Below are positions 50,396-64,000 of a stretch of 64,000 nt of DNA, in pieces; within the stretch, counting starts at the first letter, position 1; every line of letters begins with the position of its first letter. The stretch lies in assembly GCA_020891255.1 (NCBI GenBank), contig BQFW01000012.1:2294001-2358000 (forward strand), written 5' to 3'. The DNA is from Entomortierella parvispora E1425 (taxonomy: Eukaryota; Fungi; Mortierellomycota). The translations under genes were made by a program, and so were the position numbers. Under the pieces are notes generated by a model. It made no database searches, was not told the DNA's origin, and worked only from the letters and a program-made list of their open reading frames with translations.

Positions 50396-51348
50396 TCAGA
50401 CAGTTACAGCCTCAATTGACGAGGCCGTTAGAAGATTCTGTGGCAGAGGGGGTCCCAGAGCAGCATCCGAAAGTGCTCTACTCCTCCGGTAGTTGTCCAG
50501 GTGTCTTTCATGAGGGATGTGAGGGGGAAACTCTGCCGAGTACCGCGGCGCGTCCAATGGCTGTTCTTCTAGGGTCGGTTGCGGATCGGGCGTGAGCGGG
50601 AGAGATGAACGTGACGGTGCTCCTGAAGCTATTGGCGAAGGGGAGGAGAGAGAGAGATGACCTTCCGAGGTCATACGAGCATCCGCGTCCATAATAGGCG
50701 ATCGTTCTACAGTCAAGTTCGGAACGTCATATGATGGGGGTGGAGGCAAGGCCGTTAGCCCTGCAGCAGCGGACTCGGGCACGACAATGACAGTCTCATG
50801 ATACGACATGTTGTTGACTGTGATGATGGCTGTTGCTGCTCCCGCTGCTGCTGCTGCAATCGGCGGGTGAGATGAGGAAGGTTCTTCCGTGGTGATTGGC
50901 GCCCCTGCACGATGTTCTAATGGGATTGTAATAATTGCCTCCGGAAGTACATCTTCCTCCCTCACCCGCGGGTCTCTGACATGATCAACATAGAACGGCG
51001 GCAAGTTCTCGTCTAAGCAGGTGCGAGCAATTGAGCCTGTTAGTTCTGGATGCGAGGGAGGAGGGTGAACGTGCCTGCAGCTCACGTTACACACAACGGG
51101 GAATGGGAGAAGGTGATTCCGAAGTAGAATGAGAAAGTCGAGGAATGGAGAAAAGTCGAATGAGGCAATGGGTATTTACCAATGACCTGTTGCTGTCGCT
51201 GTCGTACGGCCTCCAGCAGCATGTCTCTCTCTTGAACCTCCTTGCGATGTTTCCGGCGAAGGACCTCTCCAAAGATGCCAAGAAAGCCCAGCATGCCGAC
51301 AAAGGAGGCTACATAGATCATCGTCTGACTGGAGTCGTTTTCGCTCAT
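50396..51348 (-). CDS. Small single-pass membrane protein with a cytosolic proline-rich tail carrying PY motifs; 2 exons
   Basis: MSENDSSQTM-IYVASFVGMLGFLGIF (TM)-RRKHRK, a phase-1 donor at about 51179, then a tail with LPPFY and PPPPSY. The exact acceptor (about 51040-51030) is uncertain. Confidence 0.7.
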
Positions 51349-53742
51349 GGTGGTTGCTGCGTTGGAGATGGTTGTTTCCAGAGGTCGAGCGAACGGGCTC
51401 CTGAGTTTTGGTTAGAAAAGAAAGAGAAAAGTAAGAGAGATAAAACATCCAAAGGCAGAACCTCTTTAAGTCGACGGCAGAATACTCAAAGGAAACGAGG
51501 GCACAGCAGCGAATAGATAAAGAGACCAATGCAATTATGGTAATAGAAACCAGCCTTCGGCATTGGCTGCCACGAAATGCCGAAAGTAAAAGTTGTGAGA
51601 GTGCGGGGAGAAGGTTGAGGGCTCGATGTGAGTGGGGTTTGCCACCAAATCGGATGATCCACGTGATGACCGACCCCAATTGCACATTCGTTTTGTTCGT
51701 TTCCCAGGTCGTCCTGACGCGCCGTCCTAGAACTAGAGATTACTATGTCCTGCGGGCTCTGGCATCTTCGCCCCTGTCTTCACTCCACGTGTAGGATGGA
51801 TCAAGAGATCAGGAAACGTTAGAACGGTCGACAATGTGTGGCTGCTTCAGTCTGCTTGACAACTCGAAAGAGAAAAGTTCATAAACGTTCGCACGACACT
51901 TTGTCTCCAAAGGATCGGCACCCCTGTTGTTGCTTCCTTTGTTCTTAAAGACTCGATGATCCGCGGAGAAATGAATAAAAAAAACAGATGAATAGTGAGC
52001 AACTTAACCCCCTCCTCCCCCCCGATGTTGCAAAGGTAGGGGTTGACAGGGCGTCGCGCGATTCAAAATGCTCTACAAGCATCGTTTCATCGCACGATTG
52101 ATGAAAACCTGTCCAGACTGTTATTATTTTTTCTTGTCTGTGTTGATGCCGAAGGTGCTTGATGACAGAGAGGCGCGGCAGATGCTCGAAAAAAATGAAC
52201 ATCAACAAAACAACGACACCAGCAGTGCACCAGCATGTTGGCTAAGCCCAAAGTCAATTCAATCTTCCTGTTCAATTGCGACTCTCTGACTTGTCCCACA
52301 GCAGCCTCAACTGTGTTCTGGACCCCTTTTCCCTGCCTTCCCTCTCTTTTTTTCCCCCTGTGCCCATCTCTTTGTTCCCTTGTGCAATTTTTCAGGCCTT
52401 GGAGCTGCAATTGCACTTGCACACCGGAATGTAATTGTATCTGTCAGCTTTCCGCCGACCGTTGGGAGGGAGGGAAATGAATGAAACCAATATAGCAATC
52501 AATGAAGGGCTACTCGGCGACTTTTTCCACCCCAGAGAGTAGATAATTGGTCTTCCCATCCCGACCAAAATGACAAAAGCGAGGTCGCCTCTGCCTCTTC
52601 TCTGTTGTTTGGGACAAAAATAAATCGACCAAGCAAAAATCGACTATCCTTCATCACCTTGGCTCTCGTCATTCACACATTTCGTGAGGTTGTTGTTACT
52701 GTTGTTGTTGTTACTGTTACTGTTGTTTTTTTCATTTTCGCGAGAAAAGCTCGATCAAATTCTGTTTGAGCACTGGCCCATTTACGTTTTCAACTCTCTT
52801 TCAACTGGTCGGCCGTCCATGCAAGAGGCAAGAGAGAAATGACCCGACTGAGCCGTTTGAAGATTAAGCGAAAGAGAGAGAGAAAAAGGAGGGGGCAAAA
52901 AGAGAGCAGGCGAGAAAGAACTAAATTTCGTGGGCTGCACGCTGGGCTAAGAAAACATAAAAGCTCATTGGACCTCCCTTTGCCCTTCTCCGCAGTGGTC
53001 TCTTCATCTCTTTTCTCTCTCAATGACCGAATTTGTTGTCGAGAGTTTCCAGGGTTGAAAAAGCGAGGTTGTGCAGGTAATCAGGGCTCATCGCGAACCA
53101 ACCACAAACGGCCAAAATGGACACCCTCAATTATTTTCATTCAACCTCCTAGTCCCCCTTTTTTTTTTCTTTCCAACCCTTGATCGAGAAAAGAAGATCG
53201 AGAGGAGCAATTGTTGTCGAGCAAGATACAACAAGGGCCCTGTTGAATGGACCGTTGACTTAATCCAAAAACAGACTCGTGTCGTGGCAAAGTTCGATCT
53301 TTTGTGTTTGGACCTGGGAACACAAGAAGACAGAGGGAGGCAAAGGAAAAAGAACAAGGGAAGAACTTGTCCCCCTGGTCTTAGTACCCTGGCTCTGACT
53401 TTTTGTCAACGATCTCAGTTGCTCACAAATGCAAATGAACACTGCCCTGGACTGACCGCTGCACATGTGTCCAACCAAAGAAGAGGTAAGCAGAAGCACT
53501 CAGTTTTCTCCTTTTTGAACATGAAGGGTTTTATTCGACTTTTTTCACCTTTTTTCTCTTTCTCTCTTTCTCTCTCTCTCTCTCTTTTTTTTTCTGTTCT
53601 GTTCTTGCTGCGTCGTTTGACCTCCATCCAATTTTTTTGTATCATTGATTTCTACGCTATATCTCTTTCGCAATTGCTTCGTTCCTGTATCCTTTTTCTC
53701 ATATACGATCGCCATCCTTTCCCCCACACTCCATACTTCATC

Positions 53743-56208
53743 ATGGATACGACTTCCTCCCCAACAGGCACGTCAATTGCCTCCACATCTCTATCATCAC
53801 GCAAACGAAAGTCTCAATCTATCAACTTTTCTTCAAGCTCTTCAACGCCACCTTCCTTGCCATCTTCTCACACAACCACAGAGGAATCCACTTTAGCACA
53901 TCCTCCTCCTCTCTGGATCATGACCCATGACCCATCCACCTTCCCAGTTCAGCCCGATTCACGCCTACATTTTAATACAGCCCCAACAACAGCAACAGCA
54001 ACAGCAACAGCAACAACCACGCCATCTACGACTAATCGACGACAGTTCAGAGTCTCGGCCACCTTTGGTGGCCCGGGTTCCAATTCTGGTTCAGGATCTT
54101 CCCTTCTCACGTCCTCGACCCCATCCCCCGCTTCTTCCCCCTTGTCACCGTTGGCAGAGACCATGGCTGCTTCTCCCACGATCTTGTTCTCGAACCAATT
54201 TCCTTTTTCGCCCCCTTCCCCAAATCCGGAGAAACCGTCATCCTCTCCGCCACCGAATGCGGTAACATCAGCAGCAGAAGGACCAGGACCGAGGGTCTCA
54301 CCTATGCAAAGATCACATTCACCAAGCGCCACCCACCCAATAATAGAAACAGAAACAGACTCAGGGGCGGCGGCAGCAACGGAAAAGACCATTCAGGACC
54401 CAAACGCGTCGCCTTCGTTCCCGACATCCACCCTGATCTCCAGTCCGCTGAAGAGCAGTACCTTTGGAAATTTCTATTTCTTGCCCACGAATCCCTCCGA
54501 TGCGCCCTCGTCTCCCGTGAGGGAAACTCTGATGGCTGGGAGTCGTGAAGGAGTGGGTCCACTGGACTGTACCATGGGCACATCTATCCACCCATTGGAC
54601 CAACCAGCACTCCTCTCGAACCCTCTTGTGAATGATACAATTATGGAGGAAGATGAGGAACCACAGCAACAGCAGCCCTTCGCGCTAACTCCTTCGCCAA
54701 GACTTCGACAGCAAGGATCAGGAACCACTCTTTTCAACACAGCCTTAAATCGCCCCCGGGCCAGATACACCTTTGGGTACGACGAGCCTTTGATCAGCTC
54801 CTTGCCGCCAAGGGAGAACTCGATCTCTTCTTCCTCTTCCTCTTGTTCAAGTCCAACGAGTCCGTACTCTGTCGCCACGACTGCGTCACCCTCCAGTTAT
54901 GGAAAGACGGTGGACATCACGACGACGACGACATCAACGCCGATGGTAATGTCGACGACAAAGAAAAAAGTGCCGCCACCACACAACGTGTTGTCGACTT
55001 TGCCTCTGTCTTCGGCTGTGCATTCTCCTCGTTTGCAATCCACCACTTGCCCCTCTCCTTCTACGCCCCCTGCCTCCCCTTCTTCAGCGCGTGTCCATCA
55101 ACCACCTTCCCCCGATGGCCTAGTGCCCCTGCGATCTCTCCGACGCGTCTCGTCAAAGTCAACCCCTCGTCCTCAACGACCCCCCACGCCCCAGGGGGTT
55201 GTCCACGTCTCTCCCCCTGCATCTCCTCGACTATCTGGCCGAAAGAGATTCTCATTCCTGTCGAACCTCTTGGGGACAACCCCTCCTCCCTCATGGTCAG
55301 AATCCGACCCCGAGAAGCCCTTGCCAGCCACACCAGCTGGCGCTTCTCAGCTGTACCGTCATCATTCATTACAGCAGCAACAGCTCGGCCGTCACGGCAG
55401 CTGGCACCCTCCTTCCTCCCCGCCACAAAACTTCAAGAACGCCAGCGCCGTCGATCTCCCGTCCTACGCCGCTTCGATGACACCCAGCACGGCCACTACG
55501 ACCATGACCATCACGACCACGGCCACGAGCACGACACAATCCTCATCACCCTCTTATTCACACCCTTACCAAGACAGGACATCTCTCATGCCATTGCCCA
55601 CCCCTTCCAAGATGATGATGCTGATCGGCAAGAACCGAGGAGGCTCCAATGCGAGTATGAAGGCACTTTATGACCATTATGACGACCGGAACCATTCTCA
55701 TGACCATCAAGACACGACCTCTATTTATCATTTACACGAGAACTATTACAACCAAGAAGGAAGCGGCGGGGTTGGCGGCGGCAGCGGAGAGAGTGATCTC
55801 TCCGTGGGTCATGGTCACAAAGAACGTGGACTCGTAGGAGAACGACAGCCAGATGAATACCTTTCCGCTTCCCCGACAAATCCATACTCGGTCTCACAGA
55901 CCTCGCTGAAGATTCAAATCCTTCCTTCAATATCGCAGTACGCTCTTCACAATCAACTGCAACATCAACATTATCACCATGCTGCCGGAACTGCAGAAGA
56001 GGAGGGGAGTGGTATTGGACAACCCAGGTCGCGCTCCAGACTTGACTTGACCATTGTTCTGGTACCAGAGGATTCTGTAGGGGTGCATGACCACAAACTC
56101 AATAATCTTGACCGTTTAAAGCTGAATAGTCCACAGGACTCCTCCCCTCACAAGGGCAAGAAGCGTTGTGCATCTCTCTCCATCTTTCGCTATTTCCTTA
56201 AAAAATAA
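53743..56208 (+). CDS. Hypothetical 821-aa Ser/Thr/Pro-rich intrinsically disordered protein, intronless
   Basis: A 2.4-kb open frame from ATG 53743 (MDTTSSP) after a pyrimidine-rich leader. No recognisable domain. Confidence 0.75.
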   Translation: MDTTSSPTGTSIASTSLSSRKRKSQSINFSSSSSTPPSLPSSHTTTEESTLAHPPPLWIMTHDPSTFPVQPDSRLHFNTAPTTATATATATTTPSTTNRRQFRVSATFGGPGSNSGSGSSLLTSSTPSPASSPLSPLAETMAASPTILFSNQFPFSPPSPNPEKPSSSPPPNAVTSAAEGPGPRVSPMQRSHSPSATHPIIETETDSGAAAATEKTIQDPNASPSFPTSTLISSPLKSSTFGNFYFLPTNPSDAPSSPVRETLMAGSREGVGPLDCTMGTSIHPLDQPALLSNPLVNDTIMEEDEEPQQQQPFALTPSPRLRQQGSGTTLFNTALNRPRARYTFGYDEPLISSLPPRENSISSSSSSCSSPTSPYSVATTASPSSYGKTVDITTTTTSTPMVMSTTKKKVPPPHNVLSTLPLSSAVHSPRLQSTTCPSPSTPPASPSSARVHQPPSPDGLVPLRSLRRVSSKSTPRPQRPPTPQGVVHVSPPASPRLSGRKRFSFLSNLLGTTPPPSWSESDPEKPLPATPAGASQLYRHHSLQQQQLGRHGSWHPPSSPPQNFKNASAVDLPSYAASMTPSTATTTMTITTTATSTTQSSSPSYSHPYQDRTSLMPLPTPSKMMMLIGKNRGGSNASMKALYDHYDDRNHSHDHQDTTSIYHLHENYYNQEGSGGVGGGSGESDLSVGHGHKERGLVGERQPDEYLSASPTNPYSVSQTSLKIQILPSISQYALHNQLQHQHYHHAAGTAEEEGSGIGQPRSRSRLDLTIVLVPEDSVGVHDHKLNNLDRLKLNSPQDSSPHKGKKRCASLSIFRYFLKK

Positions 56209-56305
56209 AGCATCCCGCATAAATTGATGTATACACAACAAAAGTCCTCGTTTACTTTTTTGCGATCATGATGATTCTAGAATTCTAGAGAACAAACACC
56301 TTTCT

Positions 56306-58761
<2,456 letters not shown>

Positions 58762-59491
58762 GTGTGTAGTATGGTGTGTGTGGTGGGGTGTTGCTGCGTC
58801 TTGAACTGGCAGGGTGGAAATGGAGAGGGATGGAGACAGCCGCGCCCCGAGAGGGAACAAAACTCTAAAAAAAAAAGTCAGTCACGTGCAGGCAATTGAG
58901 CTCACAGCCTCATGGGAGCGCAGGAAGGAATGGCGGAACGCCCACTCATTTTCATTTTTTTGGGTTGCTCTTCGAAGAATGCTCTGGCGGGTGGTAAGGT
59001 CCTTCATCATAACCCAGGTTTCATCGCAGAGGAAGAGATCATGCCATTTCCTTTCTCACTGCAAAAATCGTTTCTTTATTATATTCCTATTAGAGTCTCG
59101 ACAATGTCTCCATTTCACAACATCGCTCTCCCTCATCGCTCCCTCTGCTGTTGATTCCACTCTGCCCTGTCTAACACCTCTTCCGTGTCGCCTTCAAAGA
59201 GAAAACAGGAACATGTCTAAGGATGCTGGACAAGAGTCAAGGCAGGCAGGAAACGAGCTGCAGGGCAACGAGAAACAAAACAGAGAACGAACAACAAAAA
59301 AGTTGAGGCAAATGATGAAGGAGAAAGGGGTAAAAGGGGAAAGAGACCATTCCATTGCCTCGTCCATTGGAAATGAAGCGCACAGGAAAAAGAAAAGACA
59401 AACAGACAGACAGACAGGGTGGCAAGAGCGTGGGTATCTGTATGGCAAGGTATGGCAAAGACTTTTTTTTTTTTGTTGCTATTGTCGCAGC

Positions 59492-60481
59492 TCATGAAAC
59501 GAGAATGACCTGCATTCTCCGGCCACCGCTGGCTCCTCCTAATCCACGGACCTTTAGGAACCGAGTCGACCGGGAGCCCGATAGTTCCAGGGCTGCTGGT
59601 AAAGAGTCTGCGCTACAAGAATCGTCTTTGCCTTGTTGGAATGTCCCCGCCGATACTGCCGTGGTAGGTCCGCTGTGAGAAGGTGTCGGGGAGCTGGGCG
59701 AGCGAGGAGACGAGGAAGATGAGGAACTGGAAGACGATGTGGACCCGGACTGGGACAATGCAGGAGTTGAAGGTAAGGAAGAAGACGAGGAAGAGCCTGT
59801 GGACCTGCGATATGGATGGAATGAAGGTGTGGACTCCTGCGGTGAGGTGACGATGGAAGCCCTCGGGGACGACAGGGGCCCTGCCGCTGGCTTGCGGGTA
59901 TGGAGAATCAGGAGGTTCCTGCTCTTGTCAAAAACATTGCTGCTCCTGTACAAAGTCGGGTCGCTAGACCACTTTTCACCAGCCAGACGGAGCTCTGACG
60001 AAGTCGCATTGGTCAACGAACATAGGGAAGAGTCCAGGGACCGGGAGTCGTCGTTATTATCGATATGAGACAAGTCCAGCGGACCCGAGGCGGCGAGGCT
60101 CTTTTCGTTTGTTGTTGCAGCTGTCGGTTCTGAGTCCGCTGCAGTTGCTGACAGTGCCTTACCATTGCCAGTCTCTGTTGTGGATTCAGAATCAAACTGT
60201 TGATCGTAGCTGTGGATGTCAACGGCCATTGACATTGCAGAATCGTTCTGGAAGCGGAAGGAAAAGACGATCCCCTTTGAGGGATCGTTTTGGGAAGGAG
60301 ACCGTCTCGGCAAGCCCTTTCGACGACCAGCCTGGACTTGATCAAGTGGTTGAGGGGATGGTGAGGAAGCATTCGAAGGTGCGAGCGAAGCCGCCTTGCT
60401 TCCAGCACCCTTTGACTGGTCGGCAGCACTAGCAGCGGCCGACTGCCTTGTCTTGCGGGCGGACACCTTTTTCTTTGCCAT
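59492..60481 (-). CDS. Hypothetical 329-aa Ser-rich protein with a basic N-terminus
   Basis: ATG-initiated ORF (MAKKKVSARK) with a CT-rich leader on the minus strand. No domain recognised. Confidence 0.65.
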   Translation of the reverse strand: MAKKKVSARKTRQSAAASAADQSKGAGSKAASLAPSNASSPSPQPLDQVQAGRRKGLPRRSPSQNDPSKGIVFSFRFQNDSAMSMAVDIHSYDQQFDSESTTETGNGKALSATAADSEPTAATTNEKSLAASGPLDLSHIDNNDDSRSLDSSLCSLTNATSSELRLAGEKWSSDPTLYRSSNVFDKSRNLLILHTRKPAAGPLSSPRASIVTSPQESTPSFHPYRRSTGSSSSSSLPSTPALSQSGSTSSSSSSSSSSPRSPSSPTPSHSGPTTAVSAGTFQQGKDDSCSADSLPAALELSGSRSTRFLKVRGLGGASGGRRMQVILVS

Positions 60482-61004
60482 GAAGCAATGTACAGGAGGG
60501 AGTGGAGGTGGGTAGAATGAAGTAGGGAGTCCGAGAAAGACAGAGACAGAATTAAGAAATGCTCAAGGGGGAAAGAGGAGGAGGAAGGACAAGGGTCGCA
60601 AATGAGTTTGGTTCAGCGTTGCCGTGAGAGGTATAGGAATGGAGGAGAGGAACGGCAGCCGGACAGAGCGAAAGGGAAGACTGGAAGGCAAGAGAAGTGA
60701 GTGGAAGGGAGAGGAGATGTTCTGATTGTCCAAGCAAGGATAGACAGAGAATTGTATGAGGGTGTGAGTGAGAGAGAGGAAGAGAGGAAGAGAGGAAGAG
60801 AGAAGGAAGGAAGGAAGAGTGGTGGGGGGGATGGAGATAGAGAAGGAGATAAAAGAGGTTGGAAGGAAGGAGTCGCAGACCGGCGGAGAAGAAAGCGACG
60901 TTGTTTGTTGTTGCGGTGGACAGGACAGGAGAAATGTGAGTAGAGTTGAGTGTCTTTTTTTTTTTTTTTGGCCTCTTTGTCCTCCTCCCCTTCCCTCGTT
61001 TCCC

Positions 61005-61005
<1 letters not shown>

Positions 61006-61057
<52 letters not shown>

Positions 61058-61068
61058 TATGTGTGTGT
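61006..61068. repeat. (TG)n dinucleotide microsatellite
   Basis: About 60 bp of nearly pure TG repeats, read directly. Confidence 0.97.
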
Positions 61069-61663
61069 CGGCGATGATGCTTGAACCGTAAAACTCTCTT
61101 CTCTTCTGTCTCTTCTCTCTCTCTCGTCCTGTCCCGCCTCTGCTGGATGCACTAAAGCTAAGTCCTCCTCTGCACGACATGGGCCATGGCACCACTGCGT
61201 GCCATCCCACCGTCCCCCCCCTCGTCACCCCTTATTTTTGTGTTTTGTCCTCTCCCACAACACACTGCCATTCTCCCTCTCTCCTTCTGTTCTATCTCCT
61301 CTCCCTCTCCCTCTTCTTCTTACTCTTGCTCTCTCTCGCTATCTCTTTCTCTGTTCTTCTCTCCTTCCTCCACTCGCTTGACCCATGGCTGACGAAGTGC
61401 ACGGTGCGGCAAATCACATGTAAAAAAAAGACATCCTAATTCCCTTTGACGACCTTTGCATGTTTGCATGTCTGCATGTCACTGGATCCACATGGTCAGT
61501 GGACAATGGCCGGTGTTCTTCGTCTTTCCACACACCTCCTGATGAGAAAAACAAAAGTATTTCATTTTCGACAAAGAGTCGGGATCCGAAAATATCTGAG
61601 GAAACACCGAGGGGGAAGGCAATTCTTCCCGTCGGTCGGTGGTGTGTGCTGCCTGTATGTACA

Positions 61664-61745
61664 AGTGAGTGAGTGAATGAGTGACTGAATCAGTGAATGA
61701 GTGAACAAGTGAGTGAGTGAATGAATGAACGAGTGGATGAATGAA
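61664..61745. repeat. Degenerate (GAGT/GAAT)n tetranucleotide repeat
   Basis: Read directly. Confidence 0.85.
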
Positions 61746-63647
61746 GTCTGCCTACGAGATGACTACTGTAGATTGTAGAATCGATGCATGAAGGCTATGA
61801 ATAAACCAAATGGAACAAAGCAGAAAAAAAAAAGCACAGACACGAGCAAAAAACAAGAGCTTAATGAAAATTGGTGGCGCAAAGTGGACCCTGTGCCTGT
61901 GTCTGCCCGTGCCTGTGCTGTGAGCTCTGCGTTCACGAATGAATCAAGGCACCACGTTTGCGTTTGCTCTGCTCTTGCGCTGCCATTCTCTGCTCTGCTC
62001 TGCTCTGCTCCTTGGAGAGCTGCCACGCCTTTGCTGAGACATGCCTTGCAGACTGTGCCATCGAGCCTGGTCTCGCTTTATCATTTCTCAGTCTGTGTCT
62101 CTCTGTATCTGTCTGTCCTCTGTCTGATTGCATGTCTGCTTTGCCCATCTGCGAGCTCGTATGTCTGTCAATGCAATGCCTACCTGACTGCCTGGTTGTT
62201 TGTCTGTCTATCTGTCTATCTGTCTGTTGACCAACCCAAGCTCCCTTTAAACACACAGGCATATCGGTCATCCATTCCTTCTGTCGACCACAAGGTCTGG
62301 CCGTTTTTTTTTATTCATTCTTTTTTTTTTTCTTTTCGCCAGCCCAAAGTCAGGCCAGGGTCAGCTCTGGACGCCGTGACCCAAAGCCAAGTGCTTTGCG
62401 CATTCGTTCATTCTTGTTTCCTTGTTTCCTTGCTTGACTCCAACACTCCAATTCCTTCTTTATTCTCGACAAGCTCCTGTTGACTGCAGGTCGTCATAGG
62501 TTGTGGTATTCAGTCATCCCCAGTGCACCATTTTCAATTGGATTGTTGTCGACAGTGCATGCTCAGTCTGCTTGCCTGTTGACCTGTCGCCTTCTGCCTG
62601 ACCTTTCCTTCCTGTCCCCTTCCCCAGCTCTGGATCGATCGGCCTTTCCCTTCCAGCCCAGTCGTTCACCCGCGGATCTTTTTCCACCCACTGCCTCGTC
62701 TGCCTGCCTTCTCCCGTGGCCCCATGTCCCATCCCACCCGACGCACAAACACCTTCTCCATCTTCCCTCGCGTTGTTTCCATCCTCTCTTTTTTGTTTTC
62801 CCTCGCTTTTTCCTCTCCCCCCCGTTCTCCTCTCTCATTGTGTTCATTGTCCATTTGTTGTTTGTCCTCCCCCCACTTTGTTCTCTCTCTCTCTCTATTC
62901 CTCTTTCTCCTTCCCCCCCCCCCCCCATCTCTCCAATCGATCCTTGCACTTGTCCGCCAACACAAAAGACCGCTTCCTTGCGCTACTGGCTCACAACTCC
63001 ACTCACTCCTCCATTGCCCTTAACTCATTCTCAACTTTGTTCTCTTCTCCATTGGCACATTCCCGTTCTCCTTTTGGCCGCAATTGTGCCATTTGCTCTC
63101 CTCTGCTCTGCTCAGCTCTTCTCCGTCATTTCACGTCTTGCCACTTGCCCTGCTCGCAACCCGCAACCACGCCCCCTCTCTTTTGTTCCTGCCCTTTTTT
63201 TTGAGCTCTTTTTTTTCACTTTATTTTTTTTTGGTGTCCATTCCTTCGGTGTATCATATCGTAACCCTTTTTCCCTTCGTCGCTTCAAGTCAGCAAAGGA
63301 CCCGTTCAGATACACCGAGTCAGACGTCTACAAAGACTGAACAGCAACGACAGCAACAGAAACAACAGCGGACGGCGATAACAGGAATCAAGGGCAGCTG
63401 GCATCAACACGGGAAACACTGGACTTTTCGCTCTTCCTTTCCGTTCCCTCTGCCTCCTCCTCCTCCTTTACCCTTTTCCCTATTCTTCCCTTTTCTTTTT
63501 TATTTCCTTCCTCTGCTCCCAGCGATCCCGTCCTCGGTCGACGTTAGTCTCTCCCTCTCTCTCTCTTTCTGACGTCCCTCCCATCTTCCCCCCCTTTCTC
63601 TTTCTTTGTTAAAAAAAAAAAAAAAAAAAGAGAATTATACGTGCACG

Positions 63648-63764
63648 ATGCCGCCAACAACCCGACGCGGTAATATGTTTGGGCCATATCTGCTTTTGCA
63701 GACCTTGGGCGAGGGGGAGTTTGCAAAAGTCAAGCTGGGCATGCATGCCGACACTGGAGACGAG
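63648..63764 (+). CDS. KIN4: First coding exon of a Kin4/Ppk1-like (AMPK-related) Ser/Thr kinase; gene continues beyond the window
   Basis: MPPTTRRGNMFGPYLLLQTLGEGEFAKVKLGMHADTGDE is followed by a GTAAGC donor. FGPY...LGEGEF.KVKLG is typical of Kin4-family subdomain I. Only 39 codons are visible. Confidence 0.7.
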
Positions 63765-64000
63765 GTAAGCATAGAGTGCTATCAACGAGTAGCGCAATGA
63801 GAGGTCAATCTCCCTTCCTTCCTTCCCCCCCGCCCTCCCTCCTCCTCCCCTAGACGCGCAGAACCCAAACACGCGAACATGACACGCACCAGCAATATCA
63901 AACCGAATTTGGGGCTTTCCCACAAAGTATCTGGGTCATGAACATGAGCCCAAGGCTTCAGCGCTGGAACGCCCTCAATTGCTCAACAGACACGCTTGCT

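Noticed and set aside
53071-53742. N-terminal extension giving the 1045-aa ORF in the track
   Set aside because: It has a non-ATG start and runs through CT microsatellite leader sequence. Similar extensions at 33482, 35959, 43107 and 29801 are leader or intron sequence.
56274-56293. Heat-shock-element-like TTCTAGAATTCTAGAGAA
   Set aside because: It has only two in-phase nGAAn units and lies between convergent 3' ends rather than in a promoter.

Overview
This is eukaryotic, intron-containing DNA from an early-diverging fungus, most likely Mortierellomycotina (Mucoromycota). That assignment is an inference from gene content, GT-AG introns with CTRAC-type branch sites, microsatellite-rich intergenic DNA and long poly-Q/Ser proteins. 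Bases 1-12,860 contain no recognisable protein gene. The remaining ~51 kb holds 20 supportable gene models: a Ral-type GTPase, a TBC protein lacking the Gln finger, an LCB3-like sphingoid-phosphate phosphatase, a NAPE-PLD-like hydrolase, ALG10, cytosolic aspartate aminotransferase, a ~693-aa Q-rich protein with an embedded Cks domain, an LRR/RNI-like protein, EMC8/9, a DUF2985-like membrane protein, HAP2/NF-YA, a zf-MYND protein, a rolling-stone-like membrane protein, a PY-motif single-pass protein, an ATG16 with a WD40 propeller, the first exon of a Kin4-like kinase, and four low-complexity hypothetical proteins. A candidate intronic box C/D snoRNA lies at 37,807-37,864. I found no transposon, tRNA, rRNA or CRISPR array. 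The most unusual items are the giant Cks-domain protein, the animal-type Ral and ATG16L1-like genes, the probable pseudo-GAP and the snoRNA unit. All family calls come from motif recognition by eye, not database searches.
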